This document shows positions 36,388 through 46,690 of a stretch of 64,000 bases of DNA, in pieces. The translations under genes were made by a program, and so were the position numbers. The notes under the pieces were generated by a model. That model saw only the letters and a list, made by a program, of their open reading frames with translations, searched no databases and had not been told where the DNA came from. Source of the DNA: Candidatus Halobonum tyrrellensis G22 (lineage in GTDB: Archaea; Halobacteriota; Halobacteria; Halobacteriales; Haloferacaceae); contig NZ_ASGZ01000029.1 of NCBI RefSeq assembly GCF_000495475.1, positions 8,000-71,999 on the forward strand, in the 5' to 3' direction. Numbering within the stretch: the first letter of the stretch is position 1; every line of letters begins with the position of its first letter.

Positions 36388-37196
36388 CAGTCCGCCCCCG
36401 CCTGTCGCGCCGCCTCGGCGTCGGGCGCGGTGACCTCCGGCGTGACGTACAGCGGGCACTCGTCGGGGAACTGCGACTCGTCGCGCGCGAAGAGGTACTG
36501 CCGCCACTCCCGGTCGCCCTCGACGCCCCAGTCGCCCAGGTCGTCGTGGGGGGCGACGCCGTCGTACGGTTCGAGCCGCCCCTGGATGGTCTCGCGGGCG
36601 GCCCGCCCCGCGTCCGTGTCGTGGGTCAGCCCGTCGAACAGGTCGCGCGGCTGGAACGTGATCTCCAGCCCTACCGGGGAGTAGCGACTCGCCCGGTCCT
36701 CGTAGAAGGGGGCGCGGCACGTCGGGAACATCGGCGTCCCGCCGAAGCAGAACTCGAAGTACGGGTCGTCGGGGTCCGTGGGGATGTCGTCGGGCCACGG
36801 TTCGGGGTCGTTGACGTGGAGGAACTGGAGGACGTGCCACATCGCCTCGTGCCAGTCCGCCTCCGCGAACTCGTCGTCGGGCGGTGCGAAGAAGACGACG
36901 AACGGCGCGCGGTCGGCGTGTTCGCGGTACGCGTCGAGGTACTCCAGCGTCGCGTCCCGCAGGTCGAACAGCGCCTCGGGGTCGGTCAACGACGGCACCG
37001 ACGTGTACAGCAGGTGGCCGTTCTCGACGGCGTACGTCCCGAAGTGACAGGGGAACGGCGTCCCGTTCCGCTCGCCGGTCAGGCCGTCGACGAACGTCTC
37101 GAAGTGGCGCGCCGCCCACCCGGGCGCCTCGCCGGCGTCGACGCGGGCGGCCATCGTCCCGTGGTCGAGAAGCGATCCGGTCCCCGACTCGTTCAT
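36387..37196 (-). CDS. YqcI/YcgG family protein
   Basis: The characteristic FPCHFG motif and overall size of about 269 aa. Confidence 0.65.
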   Translation of the reverse strand: MNESGTGSLLDHGTMAARVDAGEAPGWAARHFETFVDGLTGERNGTPFPCHFGTYAVENGHLLYTSVPSLTDPEALFDLRDATLEYLDAYREHADRAPFVVFFAPPDDEFAEADWHEAMWHVLQFLHVNDPEPWPDDIPTDPDDPYFEFCFGGTPMFPTCRAPFYEDRASRYSPVGLEITFQPRDLFDGLTHDTDAGRAARETIQGRLEPYDGVAPHDDLGDWGVEGDREWRQYLFARDESQFPDECPLYVTPEVTAPDAEAARQAGAD

Positions 37197-37315
37197 GGTC
37201 GGGGGGTCGGACCGAGCGAGGATGTGTCTTTCGTCGCGCCCGGTCGAGTCGACGTGCGATCGGTGATCCGCGGCGACGCCGACGGTACGATAGGTATATC
37301 CGGGCTGAGGGACTT

Positions 37316-37324
37316 ATATATGGA
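37316..37324 (+). promoter_or_regulatory. TATA-like element upstream of dnaG
   Basis: cttatatatgg in an AT-rich patch about 60 nt upstream of the dnaG ATG. Confidence 0.35.
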
Positions 37325-37382
37325 ACGGTGGTACGGTCCACCTTCACCTCATCACCATCACACCCCAAGGAGGGGATCTCAA

Positions 37383-38800
37383 TGGACGACACTGCGAAAT
37401 ATCTCATTCACGCCCGGCTCACCGCGGACGGCGTCGTCGAACGGAGCGACGTCGTCGGCGCGGTGTTCGGACAGACGGAAGGACTGCTCGGCGACGAACT
37501 CGACCTCCGCGACCTCCAGCAGAGTTCGAAGATCGGACGGATCGACGTGGGCGTCGACTCCGAGAACGGCCAGAGCTTCGGCCGGATCACGATCGCGTCG
37601 AGCCTCGACAAGGTCGAGACGTCGATCCTCGCGGCCAGCCTCGAAGCGATCACCCGCGTCGGCCCCTGTGAGGCCCGCGTCGAGGTGACCGACATCGAGG
37701 ACATGCGCGCCGCACAGCGCCGCGAGGTGGTCGAGCGCGCGAAGGAACTGCTCTCGACGTCGTTCGACGAGCCGGTCATGGAGTCGACCGGGATCCTCGA
37801 GGAGGTGCGCGAGGCCCACCGGGTCGAACGCATCGACGAGTACGACGGGCTGCCCGCGGGTCCGCGGGTCCACGACTCCGACGCCGTCATCGTCGTCGAG
37901 GGGCGTGCGGACGTGCTGACGCTGCTCAGGTACGGCATCAAGAACGGCGTCGCGGTCGAGGGGACGAACGTCCCCGACGCGGTGGCGGACCTCACCAGCG
38001 AGCGGACGGTCACCGCGTTCCTCGACGGCGACCGGGGCGGTCGGCTCATCCTGCGCGAACTCGCGCAGGTCGGCGACGTCGACTACGTCGCGTTCGCGCC
38101 CGAGGGGGAGTCGGTGGAGGACCTCTCCCGTAGCAGCCTGCTCGCGGCGCTCCGCGAGAAGGCGCCGTTCGAGGCGGTCGACGTCGACGGCTCGGCCGCC
38201 GGGGCCGACGAGGCGTCGTCCGGGCCGGTCGCCGCCACCGACGGGAGCACGCGTCCCGCCCCCGACGCGGCGGACCCCGCCGGGACCGACGGACCGGAGT
38301 CGACGGAGGCGCCCGACTCCCCCGGCTCCTCGGGGTCCTCGGGCTCCGCGGACGCCCCGACGGTCGGGTCGCCCGACCGGTCGGACTCGGCGGAGCCGTC
38401 CGCGCCCCCGGAGTCGACCGACCCGGCCGACGACGAGGCGGCCCCCGACGCAGCCGTCGACGCCGAGGCGGAGGGGACCGACGGGGACGGCGAACCCGCC
38501 ACGCTCCGCGGGCACGTCCGGGCGGTCGTCGAGTCGTCGACGAACCGCGCGCGGGTGCTCGACGCCGACTACGCCGTGCTCGCGGAGGTGCCCGCCGCCG
38601 GGGCGTTCGACGCGCTCTCGGCGGCGGAGTACGACGGCTCGCCGGTCGCGCTCGTCGTCGACGGCGAACTCTCCCAGAAACTGCTCGACGTGGCGGCCCA
38701 GCGGGGCGTCGAACAGGTCGTCGCCGCCCGCGAGGGGGAGTTCGTCAAACGCCCCACCTCGGTCCGCGTGCTCACGGCCGACCGCATGCTGTCGGCGTGA
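37383..38800 (+). CDS. dnaG: DNA primase DnaG (archaeal Toprim-type)
   Basis: N-terminal conserved domain [43 protein letters not shown], a Toprim region [11 protein letters not shown]...FLDGDRGG, and a low-complexity acidic linker. Confidence 0.9.
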
Positions 38801-38948
38801 TCGCCACACGGGCTCACGAGCGCGGGTCGGGGTCGGCGCCCTCGGGAAACTGACCGGCGGCTCGGTCCGATAGGTTCGACGGGGTCGACCGGTTCGACGG
38901 GGGCGGCCGGATTCTACCGGTTCGACGGGTTCTAGCCGGTCGCTCGCC

Positions 38949-40496
38949 TCACTCCTCGGCGTCGTCGGCCGCCTCCAAGAGCGGGACGCCGGTCATCGCC
39001 TCCGGTCGGTCCACCCCGACCAGTCCGAGGATGGTTGGCGCGATGTCGACCAGCGACCCGCCCGAGCGGACCCGCCGGCCGCCGTCGGTGCCGTCGGGGG
39101 CGACGTAGACGAACGGGACGGGCGCGAACGTGTGGGCCGTGTGCGGCTCCGCGGGCGTCCCCATGTCGTCGGCGTTGCCGTGGTCGGCGGTCACGAGCAG
39201 GTGCCCGCCCGCCCCCTGTACCGCCTCCGCGAGCCGCGCCAACTGCGTGTCGACCGCCTCGACGGCCGCGACGGCGGCGTCGTAGTCGCCGGTGTGGCCC
39301 ACCATGTCGGGGTTGGCGTAGTTGAGGACGAGCACGTCGGGGTCGTCCGACTCGATCAGGTCGACCGCGGTGTCGGTCACCTCGGCGGCGCTCATCTCGG
39401 GCGTCTCGTCGTACGTCGGCACGTCGGGGCTCTCGACGATGCGCCGCATCTCGCCGTCGAACTCGACCTCGCGGCCGCCGTTGAGGAAGTACGTCACGTG
39501 GGCGTACTTCTCCGACTCCGCGACCCGGAGTTGGGTCAGCCCGGCCGCCGACAGCACCTCCCCCAGCGTGTCCTCGGGCTGGTGAGGCTCGAACGCGACG
39601 GGCAGGTTGAACGTCGCGTCGTACTCGGTCATCGTCACGAGTTCGACCTCCGGAGCGTGGGTCTCGACGCCCTCGCGCTCCCAGCCGTCCGAGCGGATGT
39701 CCGCGAGCATCCGGGTCAACTGGCGCGCGCGGTCCGACCGGAAGTTGAAGAACACCGCGGCGTCGCCGTCTTCGAGCGCGGGACCGCCCGCGACCAGCGT
39801 GGGCTCGACGAACTCGTCGGTGTCGCCGCGCTCGTAGCTCGCTTCGACCGCCGCCACGGCCGACCCGGCCTCGTACTCGGCCTCGCGGTTCACGACGGCG
39901 TCGTACGCCCGCCTCGTCCGCTCCCAGTTTTGGTCCCTGTCCATCGCGTAGTAGCGGCCCGAGACGGTCGCGACGCCGCCCGTCCCGCGCTCGGCGGCGT
40001 GCGCCTCCAACTCGCCGAGGAAGTCGACCCCCGACCGCGGGGCGGTGTCGCGGCCGTCGGTGAACGCGTGGGTGACCGCATCGAGTCCCCGTTCGGCGGC
40101 ACCGTCGATCAGCGCGTGGAGGTGCCGCTGGTCGGAGTGGACGCCGCCGTCGCTCACCAGGCCGAGGAAGTGGACCCGCCCGCCCGTCTCCTCGGCGTGG
40201 TCGAACGCCCGCGCTATCGCCTCGTTGGCCGCGAACGCACCCGACTCGATGGCGTCGTTGATCCGGGTGTACTCCTGGTACACCGTCCGGCCGGCGCCGA
40301 TGTTGACGTGGCCCACCTCGCTGTTGCCCATCTGGTCGTTCGGCAGCCCCACATCTCGGCCGTAGGCGGTGAGCGTCCCGAACGCTCCGGTCGCCCGGAG
40401 GCGGTCGAACGTCGGCGTGTCGGCGGCCTTCACCGCGTCGCGCCGGTCGTGGTCGCCGAGACCCCACCCGTCGAGGATAACGAGTGCCGCTCGCAT
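38949..40496 (-). CDS. gpmI: 2,3-bisphosphoglycerate-independent phosphoglycerate mutase (iPGM)
   Basis: LVILDGWG, the catalytic-Ser region MGNSEVGHVNIGAGR, and C-terminal ADHGNAD and TAHT motifs; the start is placed at ATG MRAALVILDGWG. Confidence 0.92.
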   Translation of the reverse strand: MRAALVILDGWGLGDHDRRDAVKAADTPTFDRLRATGAFGTLTAYGRDVGLPNDQMGNSEVGHVNIGAGRTVYQEYTRINDAIESGAFAANEAIARAFDHAEETGGRVHFLGLVSDGGVHSDQRHLHALIDGAAERGLDAVTHAFTDGRDTAPRSGVDFLGELEAHAAERGTGGVATVSGRYYAMDRDQNWERTRRAYDAVVNREAEYEAGSAVAAVEASYERGDTDEFVEPTLVAGGPALEDGDAAVFFNFRSDRARQLTRMLADIRSDGWEREGVETHAPEVELVTMTEYDATFNLPVAFEPHQPEDTLGEVLSAAGLTQLRVAESEKYAHVTYFLNGGREVEFDGEMRRIVESPDVPTYDETPEMSAAEVTDTAVDLIESDDPDVLVLNYANPDMVGHTGDYDAAVAAVEAVDTQLARLAEAVQGAGGHLLVTADHGNADDMGTPAEPHTAHTFAPVPFVYVAPDGTDGGRRVRSGGSLVDIAPTILGLVGVDRPEAMTGVPLLEAADDAEE

Positions 40497-40637
40497 GTGC
40501 GAACCCACCCGGGCCGTCGGCATCACTCCGTCGGTTCCGGCGGCCGCGTGGCCCGCCTCCAGTCACATCGAGTGATAATCGGGGCCGCAGCTATATGCGC
40601 GACGGCGGGGACTCTCCGCCAACGCGGGGATCACAGC

Positions 40638-42869
40638 ATGGGAGTGACACGGAGGCAGGCTCTGCTCGGCGGCGTCGGCGCGAGCGTCGCGGCGCTCGGA
40701 GCGGGAGCGTTCGTCACGAGCGCCGACGAGCGGCCGCCGACCGGCCAGCCCGACGCGGCGGACGCGAGGCGGCTCGCGGAGGCGTACGCCCCCGACCTCT
40801 ACTTCGGGGTCGGCGAGCGGTGGTACCCGACCGACCCCCGGCGGTACGCGAGCGAGCGCGGCGGGGAGACGGTCGTCGACGGGTTCGACGCGCTCGACGG
40901 CTACACCGCCGAGTTCGAGGCGACCGGCGAGCCGCCGGCGCCGACCGTCTTCTACAACGTCCGGCGCTACCGGGGGACGGAGTTGGCGGTGGTGCAGTTC
41001 TGGTTCTACTCGGTGTTCGACCAGTTCACCAGCAACTTCCACTGGCACGACTGGGAACTGCTGCAGGTGTTCGTCGACCTCTCGGCCGACGGCGAGGTGG
41101 GCGCGCCGGCGCTGTTCGTCGCGAGCGCGCACTCGCGGTCGGTGCCGAACAACGAGTTCATCAACCCCGAGACGGACCGCGCGAGCGTCATCAGCGAGGT
41201 GGGGAGCCACTCGTCGGCGCTCGGGGTCAACCGGACCCGCGACGCGTTCGAACGGCTCCCCGGGGCGGCCGACATCGCGGACGTGAACAACGGACTGCTC
41301 GACCTCGTCGACCTGCCGGCGGCGTACGGCCTGCCGCGCGACGAGGGGTTCGCGCTCCCGTTCGCCCTGCCGGAACTCGACGGCGCGCCGATGTACGACC
41401 ACCCGCGGCTGCCCAACGTCGACCGGGAGGACCTCCTGCCGGACGAACTCACCGTCCGCTCGTTCGCGGGGCTCCCCTCGCCGCCGGTCGACCTGCCGGC
41501 GCGTGAACCCGGCCGCCAGTTCGCGTTCGAGGGGGGCGACGGCGCGGGCGACGCCGACCACACGTACGCGCTCGCGCCGATGGCGGACGTGGCGGCCGAC
41601 CTCGACGACACCACCGGGCCACGCCTCAGCTTCGAGTTCTCCGTCCCCTCGTTCGCCGAGGACGCCATCGCGTCGCACATCACGGCGTCGTCGCTCCCGT
41701 TCGACCAGCCCCGCTTTTCGGACCCGCTGGCGGACGTGACCGACCTCGACCACCGGCGGGCGATGGTCGACCGGTTCGGACTCGACGCCGGCGACGGGCC
41801 GACCGACCTCGTGGTCGCGGCGGTCCGGGAGGCCCGTCCGGCCGCCGACGCCCCCGAGGGCAACGGCATCGAGACGCGCGAGTCGAGAGCCGAGGGGGTC
41901 GCGCTGCTCGAATCGGAGCCGACGGCGGTCCCGACGTTCAACGGCGTCGTCGCGCTCCGGGGGGTGGCCGCTGGCGAACACCGCCTCACGGTCAACGCCG
42001 CCGGCGTCGCGCCGTACGCCCAGCGTCTCGACCACGACGGCGCGGGGACGACCACCGCGGGCGCGGACGGCGACGTGGTCGTGAGCGCCAACGAGGACGC
42101 GGTGAAGCTCCGGTTCGACGCGAGCGACCCCGAGGCGCCGTCGGTCGCCTCCCTCGCCGTGACCGACGACTTCGGCGGCACGGTGTACGACGGCCGGCCG
42201 GCGGACGGCGACCGGGTCGGCGTCTACGTCCACCGGGCGGGCGCGTACACCGCGGAGGTGACCGACGGGGAAGGCCGGACGGGCACCTACCGGGTGAACC
42301 CGGCCCCGGACCAGACCACCGCGACGGTCGCGAACGTCGAGACGGGGAAGGCGGCGGCCGCGCGCTTCCTCGCGACGCTGCTGGCGGAGACGTTCGAGCA
42401 GGGGCTCGCGCTCGCGCTCGGGGTCGACCTCGACGCCCTACAGCTCCCGGACGACACGGCCGAGAGCGGACGGGAACGCGACGGCGAGGGGGAGGTAGAC
42501 GGGACCGACACGGCGGACGGCGACGACCAGGCGGTCGACGGCGCGCGCACCACGGTCGACGACCTGGTCGACGGGGCGGCCGCCGGCCGGTTCCCGGCGC
42601 GGCTGAAGGAGGAGGGCGTCTACGTCCGCACGCTGGGTCCCGTCGCCGACGCCGTCGAGGCCGCGCGGACCGCCCGCGAGGCGGCCGCGACGGGCGACGC
42701 GGCGGCCGCGAACGACGCGCTCCGGGGGGCGCTCGCGGACGTGGCGTCGGCCCGCGAGGCGCTCGCGGCCGCCGGCAGCCAGCCCCGGGCGGCGTTCCGG
42801 ACGCTCGTCTCGGCGCGGCTGTCGACCGCACGCACGCGCGCCGAGGCGGCCATCGATACCGAACTGTAG
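40638..42869 (+). CDS. Tat-secreted hypothetical protein with a Vps62/DUF946-like N-terminal domain
   Basis: Twin-arginine signal MGVTRRQALLGGVGASVAALGAGAFV; the block YNVRRYRGTELAVVQFWFYSVFDQFTSNFHWHDWELLQVFVD resembles the Vps62 motif (W.YWFFY...H.GDWEH); 744 aa with a long Ala/Asp-rich C-terminal half. The 5' 500 codons of the 1245-aa track ORF are antisense to gpmI and rejected. Confidence 0.6.
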   Translation: MGVTRRQALLGGVGASVAALGAGAFVTSADERPPTGQPDAADARRLAEAYAPDLYFGVGERWYPTDPRRYASERGGETVVDGFDALDGYTAEFEATGEPPAPTVFYNVRRYRGTELAVVQFWFYSVFDQFTSNFHWHDWELLQVFVDLSADGEVGAPALFVASAHSRSVPNNEFINPETDRASVISEVGSHSSALGVNRTRDAFERLPGAADIADVNNGLLDLVDLPAAYGLPRDEGFALPFALPELDGAPMYDHPRLPNVDREDLLPDELTVRSFAGLPSPPVDLPAREPGRQFAFEGGDGAGDADHTYALAPMADVAADLDDTTGPRLSFEFSVPSFAEDAIASHITASSLPFDQPRFSDPLADVTDLDHRRAMVDRFGLDAGDGPTDLVVAAVREARPAADAPEGNGIETRESRAEGVALLESEPTAVPTFNGVVALRGVAAGEHRLTVNAAGVAPYAQRLDHDGAGTTTAGADGDVVVSANEDAVKLRFDASDPEAPSVASLAVTDDFGGTVYDGRPADGDRVGVYVHRAGAYTAEVTDGEGRTGTYRVNPAPDQTTATVANVETGKAAAARFLATLLAETFEQGLALALGVDLDALQLPDDTAESGRERDGEGEVDGTDTADGDDQAVDGARTTVDDLVDGAAAGRFPARLKEEGVYVRTLGPVADAVEAARTAREAAATGDAAAANDALRGALADVASAREALAAAGSQPRAAFRTLVSARLSTARTRAEAAIDTEL

Positions 42870-42989
42870 CCGCGCGACGCCCGCTCGGACCCGTCGGGCG
42901 GGACCGGTCTCCCGGTCGGAGCGCGGCGGGTCCGACGGCCCGACCGCCGGAAGGATACCCGTTAAGTGGACACGGGCGCAAGCGAGGAT

Positions 42990-43907
42990 ATGAGCGACAG
43001 CGAGAGCGAGACCGACCTCGAGGGACTCAAGCGGGGGACCGACCTGGTGAAGCGGGGGTTCGCCCGGATGCAGAAGGGTGGCGTCATCATGGACGTGGTG
43101 ACCCGCGAACAGGCCCGCGTCGCAGAGGACGCGGGTGCGGTCGCGGTCATGTCGCTGGAGGCGGTTCCGGCCGACATCCGCAAGCGCGGCGGCGTCGCGC
43201 GCATGGCCGACCCCGGGCTACTCGAAGGGATCATCGACGAGGTGTCGATCCCGGTGATGGGCAAGTGCCGGATCGGCCACACCGCCGAAGCCCAGATCCT
43301 CGAAGCGACGGGCGCGGACATGATCGACGAGTCGGAGGTGCTCACGACGGCGGACGAGCGCTACCACGTCGACAAACGCGAGTTCACCGCGCCGTTCGTC
43401 TGCGGCGCGCGCAACCTCGGCGAGGCGCTCCGCCGGATCGACGAGGGCGCGGCGATGATCCGCACCAAGGGCGAGGCGGGCACGGGCGACGTGAACCAGG
43501 CGGTCACCCACCAGCGCGCGATCCAGCGTTCCATCCGGAAGCTGTCGGGGATGAACTACGAGGAGCGCGACGAGTGGGCGCGCGAACACGAGGCGCCGCG
43601 CGAGTTGGTCCACGAGACCGCTGAGATGGAGCGGCTCCCCGTCGTGAACTTCGCCGCGGGCGGCATCGCCACGCCCGCCGACGCCGCGCTCATGATGCAG
43701 CACGGCTGTGACGGCATCTTCGTCGGCTCGGGCATCTTCGGCGCGGAGGACCCACAGGAGATGGGCGAGGCGATCGTCAGCGCGGTCAACAACTACGACG
43801 ACCCCGAGACGCTCAAGGAGATAGCCAAGGACATCGGCAAGGGGATGAAGGGCCAGGCGAACGAGACGATGCCCGAAGAGGAGAAGCTCCAGGGCCGCGG
43901 CGTCTGA
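42990..43907 (+). CDS. pdxS: pyridoxal 5'-phosphate synthase subunit PdxS (Pdx1)
   Basis: GGVIMDVV, the VMSLE and CRIGH regions, the Schiff-base lysine region, and GVFVGSGIF; highly conserved. Confidence 0.93.
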   Translation: MSDSESETDLEGLKRGTDLVKRGFARMQKGGVIMDVVTREQARVAEDAGAVAVMSLEAVPADIRKRGGVARMADPGLLEGIIDEVSIPVMGKCRIGHTAEAQILEATGADMIDESEVLTTADERYHVDKREFTAPFVCGARNLGEALRRIDEGAAMIRTKGEAGTGDVNQAVTHQRAIQRSIRKLSGMNYEERDEWAREHEAPRELVHETAEMERLPVVNFAAGGIATPADAALMMQHGCDGIFVGSGIFGAEDPQEMGEAIVSAVNNYDDPETLKEIAKDIGKGMKGQANETMPEEEKLQGRGV

Positions 43908-43980
43908 GGTCCACACGGCCGGACGCGACCGCGAGCCTCCGGGGCGTAACCCGTATCCGGGCCGACGACCTCCCGCCGTC

Positions 43981-44274
43981 GTGAACGCGAAACTCGTCGC
44001 CGGGAGCGTCCTCTCGGGGCTGTGTCTGCTCGCCGCCGTCGTGAACGCGTGGGCGCGCCACTTCTTCTTCGCGGCGTTCCACGTCGCGCGCGGCGAGGCG
44101 CTGGAGTGGACGGGGAGCTTCGACCCGGGTCGGTACGCCGACCCCGAGACGGTGCGCATCTTCCTCGGCACGCGGCTCCTGCTCTGGCTGCTGTTGGCGG
44201 TCGGCCTCGCCCTCCTCGCGTGGGGGATGTACGAGGAGTACGAACGCGAGCGGGCGTCGTCGGGCGGCCTGTAA
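43981..44274 (+). CDS. hypothetical small membrane protein (2 TM)
   Basis: 97 aa with a GTG start, two hydrophobic helices and a normal amino-acid composition. Confidence 0.4.
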   Translation: MNAKLVAGSVLSGLCLLAAVVNAWARHFFFAAFHVARGEALEWTGSFDPGRYADPETVRIFLGTRLLLWLLLAVGLALLAWGMYEEYERERASSGGL

Positions 44275-44331
44275 CTCCCCGTGACGCGCCGCCCCGTCGG
44301 CGTCCGGCGCCTCCGCACCGCGGTGGGTTGA

Positions 44332-44858
44332 TGGCCGCGGCGGACGTACGGTCGGGCGTGAGCGACCACACCGACGGCGCGAGCGACCCCGACGGCGCCG
44401 ACGACCCGGCGGACCCGCTCGCGGGCGTGGACCTCGACGACCACCCGGTCCTCCTGTTCGACGGGGTGTGCAACCTGTGTAACGGCGCGGTGCGGTTCGT
44501 CGTCCGGTTCGACGACGCCGGGACGTTCCGGTTCGCGCCGCTGCAGTCCGACGTGGGGCAAGCGTTGCTCGACCGGTACGGCCGCTCGCTGTCGGGCGAC
44601 GCGCTCGACTCGGTGGTGTTGGTCGAGGACGGCGTCGCCTACGAGAAGTCGGACGCCGTACTCCGGGTCGCCCGGCGACTCGACGGCCCGTGGCCGCTGG
44701 CGTACCCCCTCACGCTCCTGCCCCGCCGACTCCGCGACGCCGCCTACGACGTCGTCGCGGCCAACCGCTACCGCGTGTTCGGCCGGTCCGACGAGTGTCA
44801 GATCCCGCCGCCGGAGCTCCGCGAGCGGTTCGCCGAGCGGTCGCTCGACGGGGTCTGA
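44332..44858 (+). CDS. thiol-disulfide oxidoreductase DCC-family protein (DUF393)
   Basis: LLFDGVCNLCNGAVRFV matches the DxxCxxC motif that gives the DCC family its name. Confidence 0.75.
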
Positions 44859-44860
44859 CG

Positions 44861-45736
44861 CTACAGCAGCGTCGCGCCGTCGCCGACGCCGCCCTGGTAG
44901 GCGCGCGCGCCGACGCCGCTCGTCTCGAACGCCTCGACCATCGCGCCGGCGACCGCGCGCCGGCGGTCGGGCGGACAGGTCGCAAGCACCGCGGGACCGG
45001 CGCCGCTGACGGTGACGCCCGTCGCGCCCGCATCGGTCGCGGCGTCGTGGACCGCCGCGTACCCCGTGATGAGTTCCGCGCGGGCGGGCGTCACCACGGG
45101 GTCGTCCATCCCCGCGCCCACGAGTTCGGGGTCCGACCGGCACATCCCCGCGGTCAGCGTCGCGGCGTTGCCCACCGTCTCGACGTGGTCGTCCATCGAC
45201 AGCGAGTCGGGCACCGCCCCGCGGGCGTCGCGGGTCGAGACGGCGATCTCCGGCAGACAGACCACGAGCGGCACGTCCGCGCGGATCCGGGTGACGCCCT
45301 CGTCGCGGACGACGGTGAACCCGCCGAGTAGCGACGGCGCGACGTTGTCGGCGTGGGCGTCGCCCGAGACGACCGCCTCGCCCTCGGCGGCGACCGGGAC
45401 GAGTTCCTCGCGGCTGTACCCCCGGTCGTACAGTTCGTTGAGCGCGACCGCCGCGGCGGCGGCCGAGGCGGCCGACGACCCCAGCCCCGACGACGGACGG
45501 ATCCCCTTGTCGATGTGGAGGTGCGCGGGGGCGTCGAGCGCGTCGACCACCGCGCCGACGGTGTTCTTCTCCGGCTCCTCCGGGATGAACTGCGCGCCCG
45601 CGCCGGTCACCTCGATGGTGGTCTCGTCGGCCCGCTCGGCCGTGACCGTGTCGGCCGGTCGGTCGAGCGCGACGCCGAACGTGTCGAACCCGCTCCCCAG
45701 GTTCGCACTCGTCGCCGGCGCGCGGGCGGTCACCAT
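44861..45736 (-). CDS. thrB: homoserine kinase
   Basis: GHMP kinase motifs: N-terminal PATSANLGSGFDTFGVAL and the ATP loop PSSGLGSSAASAAAA; 291 aa. Confidence 0.9.
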   Translation of the reverse strand: MVTARAPATSANLGSGFDTFGVALDRPADTVTAERADETTIEVTGAGAQFIPEEPEKNTVGAVVDALDAPAHLHIDKGIRPSSGLGSSAASAAAAAVALNELYDRGYSREELVPVAAEGEAVVSGDAHADNVAPSLLGGFTVVRDEGVTRIRADVPLVVCLPEIAVSTRDARGAVPDSLSMDDHVETVGNAATLTAGMCRSDPELVGAGMDDPVVTPARAELITGYAAVHDAATDAGATGVTVSGAGPAVLATCPPDRRRAVAGAMVEAFETSGVGARAYQGGVGDGATLL

Positions 45737-45829
45737 GCGGCTCCCCTCCGACTGCGGCCGGCAAAAGGGTGGCGCTCGTCCCGACGCTTGCCCCGCCCGC
45801 CTCCGCCGTCCATCGCGTCGGTCACCGCC

Positions 45830-46075
45830 TCAGTCGGTGACGGTGAACGCGAGGGGACCGACCACGAGCAGGGTGACGCCGAGGAAGAGGTAGTGGACCG
45901 GCACGAGCGTCTGCGGGAGCAGGACGAAGAGGACGCCGAACAGGACGGTGTTGAGCGCGAAGATCTTCTTCGAGATCATCAGCGTCGCCACCGTCGTCAG
46001 GGCGAACAGCAGCAGGACGGCCTGCCCGACGTTGTAGTTGACCAGGAACGTGTCGATGACCTGGAGCGGGAGCAT
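45830..46075 (-). CDS. hypothetical small membrane protein (3 TM)
   Basis: 81 aa, very hydrophobic, AT-poorer codon usage consistent with the genome. Confidence 0.4.
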   Translation of the reverse strand: MLPLQVIDTFLVNYNVGQAVLLLFALTTVATLMISKKIFALNTVLFGVLFVLLPQTLVPVHYLFLGVTLLVVGPLAFTVTD

Positions 46076-46105
46076 TCGTACACCGACGTGGCTCCGGGAT
46101 TCGCA

Positions 46106-46556
46106 TTAACGTTCCGTTCTCCCGGTCGCGTCGCGCTCCGCTCCCGCGGTTCCCGCACCCTCGGCCGTCCCTCCGTCCGTCCCCGCGTCCGCGTCAGTAC
46201 CCGTATTCGCGTCAGCACCCGCATTCGCGTCCGCGTTCGACTCCGACTCCCCGGCCGCCCCGCCGTCGTCGGCCGCCCCGTACGGACCGTCCACCTCGTC
46301 GCTCCCCACGTTCCCGGTCGGGCCCGTGATGTCGAGCGGGCGGATCCAGCCGAGCCAGACGACCAGCACCGTCCCGCCGTATCCGAGGATGAAGACGATC
46401 CGCCCGAGTTCGTTGTAGCCGAGCACGCCCAGTTCCCGCCGGACCACACCCGTCCCGGCGACGCCGACGAACAGCACGAGCGCGAGCAGGAGGTTGCCGC
46501 GCGTGAACAGGCCGTCGTCCCCGCCGGAGTCGGTCGGCTCGTCGGTCTCGCCCATA
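46106..46556 (-). CDS. hypothetical membrane protein with a repetitive Ala/Asp/Asn/Gly/Thr-rich C-terminal tail
   Basis: 150 aa from ATG MGETDEPTD with two TM helices; the tail is encoded by 18-bp tandem repeats (gcgtcagYacccgYattc) at about 46190-46240. Confidence 0.4.
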
Positions 46557-46690
46557 CGTCCGCTCGGCCGCCCAGCGCCGTCAACCCCTCGGTCCGACCC
46601 CGTCGGCCCGCCGCCGCCCGCGCCCGCGACGGGCGTCGCCCCGCCGGACGGACGCGCAACCGTTTTGCCCCCGCTCGCGCCACCCACTGC

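Noticed and set aside
39132-40637. 5' 500 codons of the 1245-aa ORF that ends at 42869
   Set aside because: They are antisense to gpmI and Val/Arg/Gly-rich. The real gene begins at the ATG at 40638, preceded by a TATA-like box and followed by a Tat signal.
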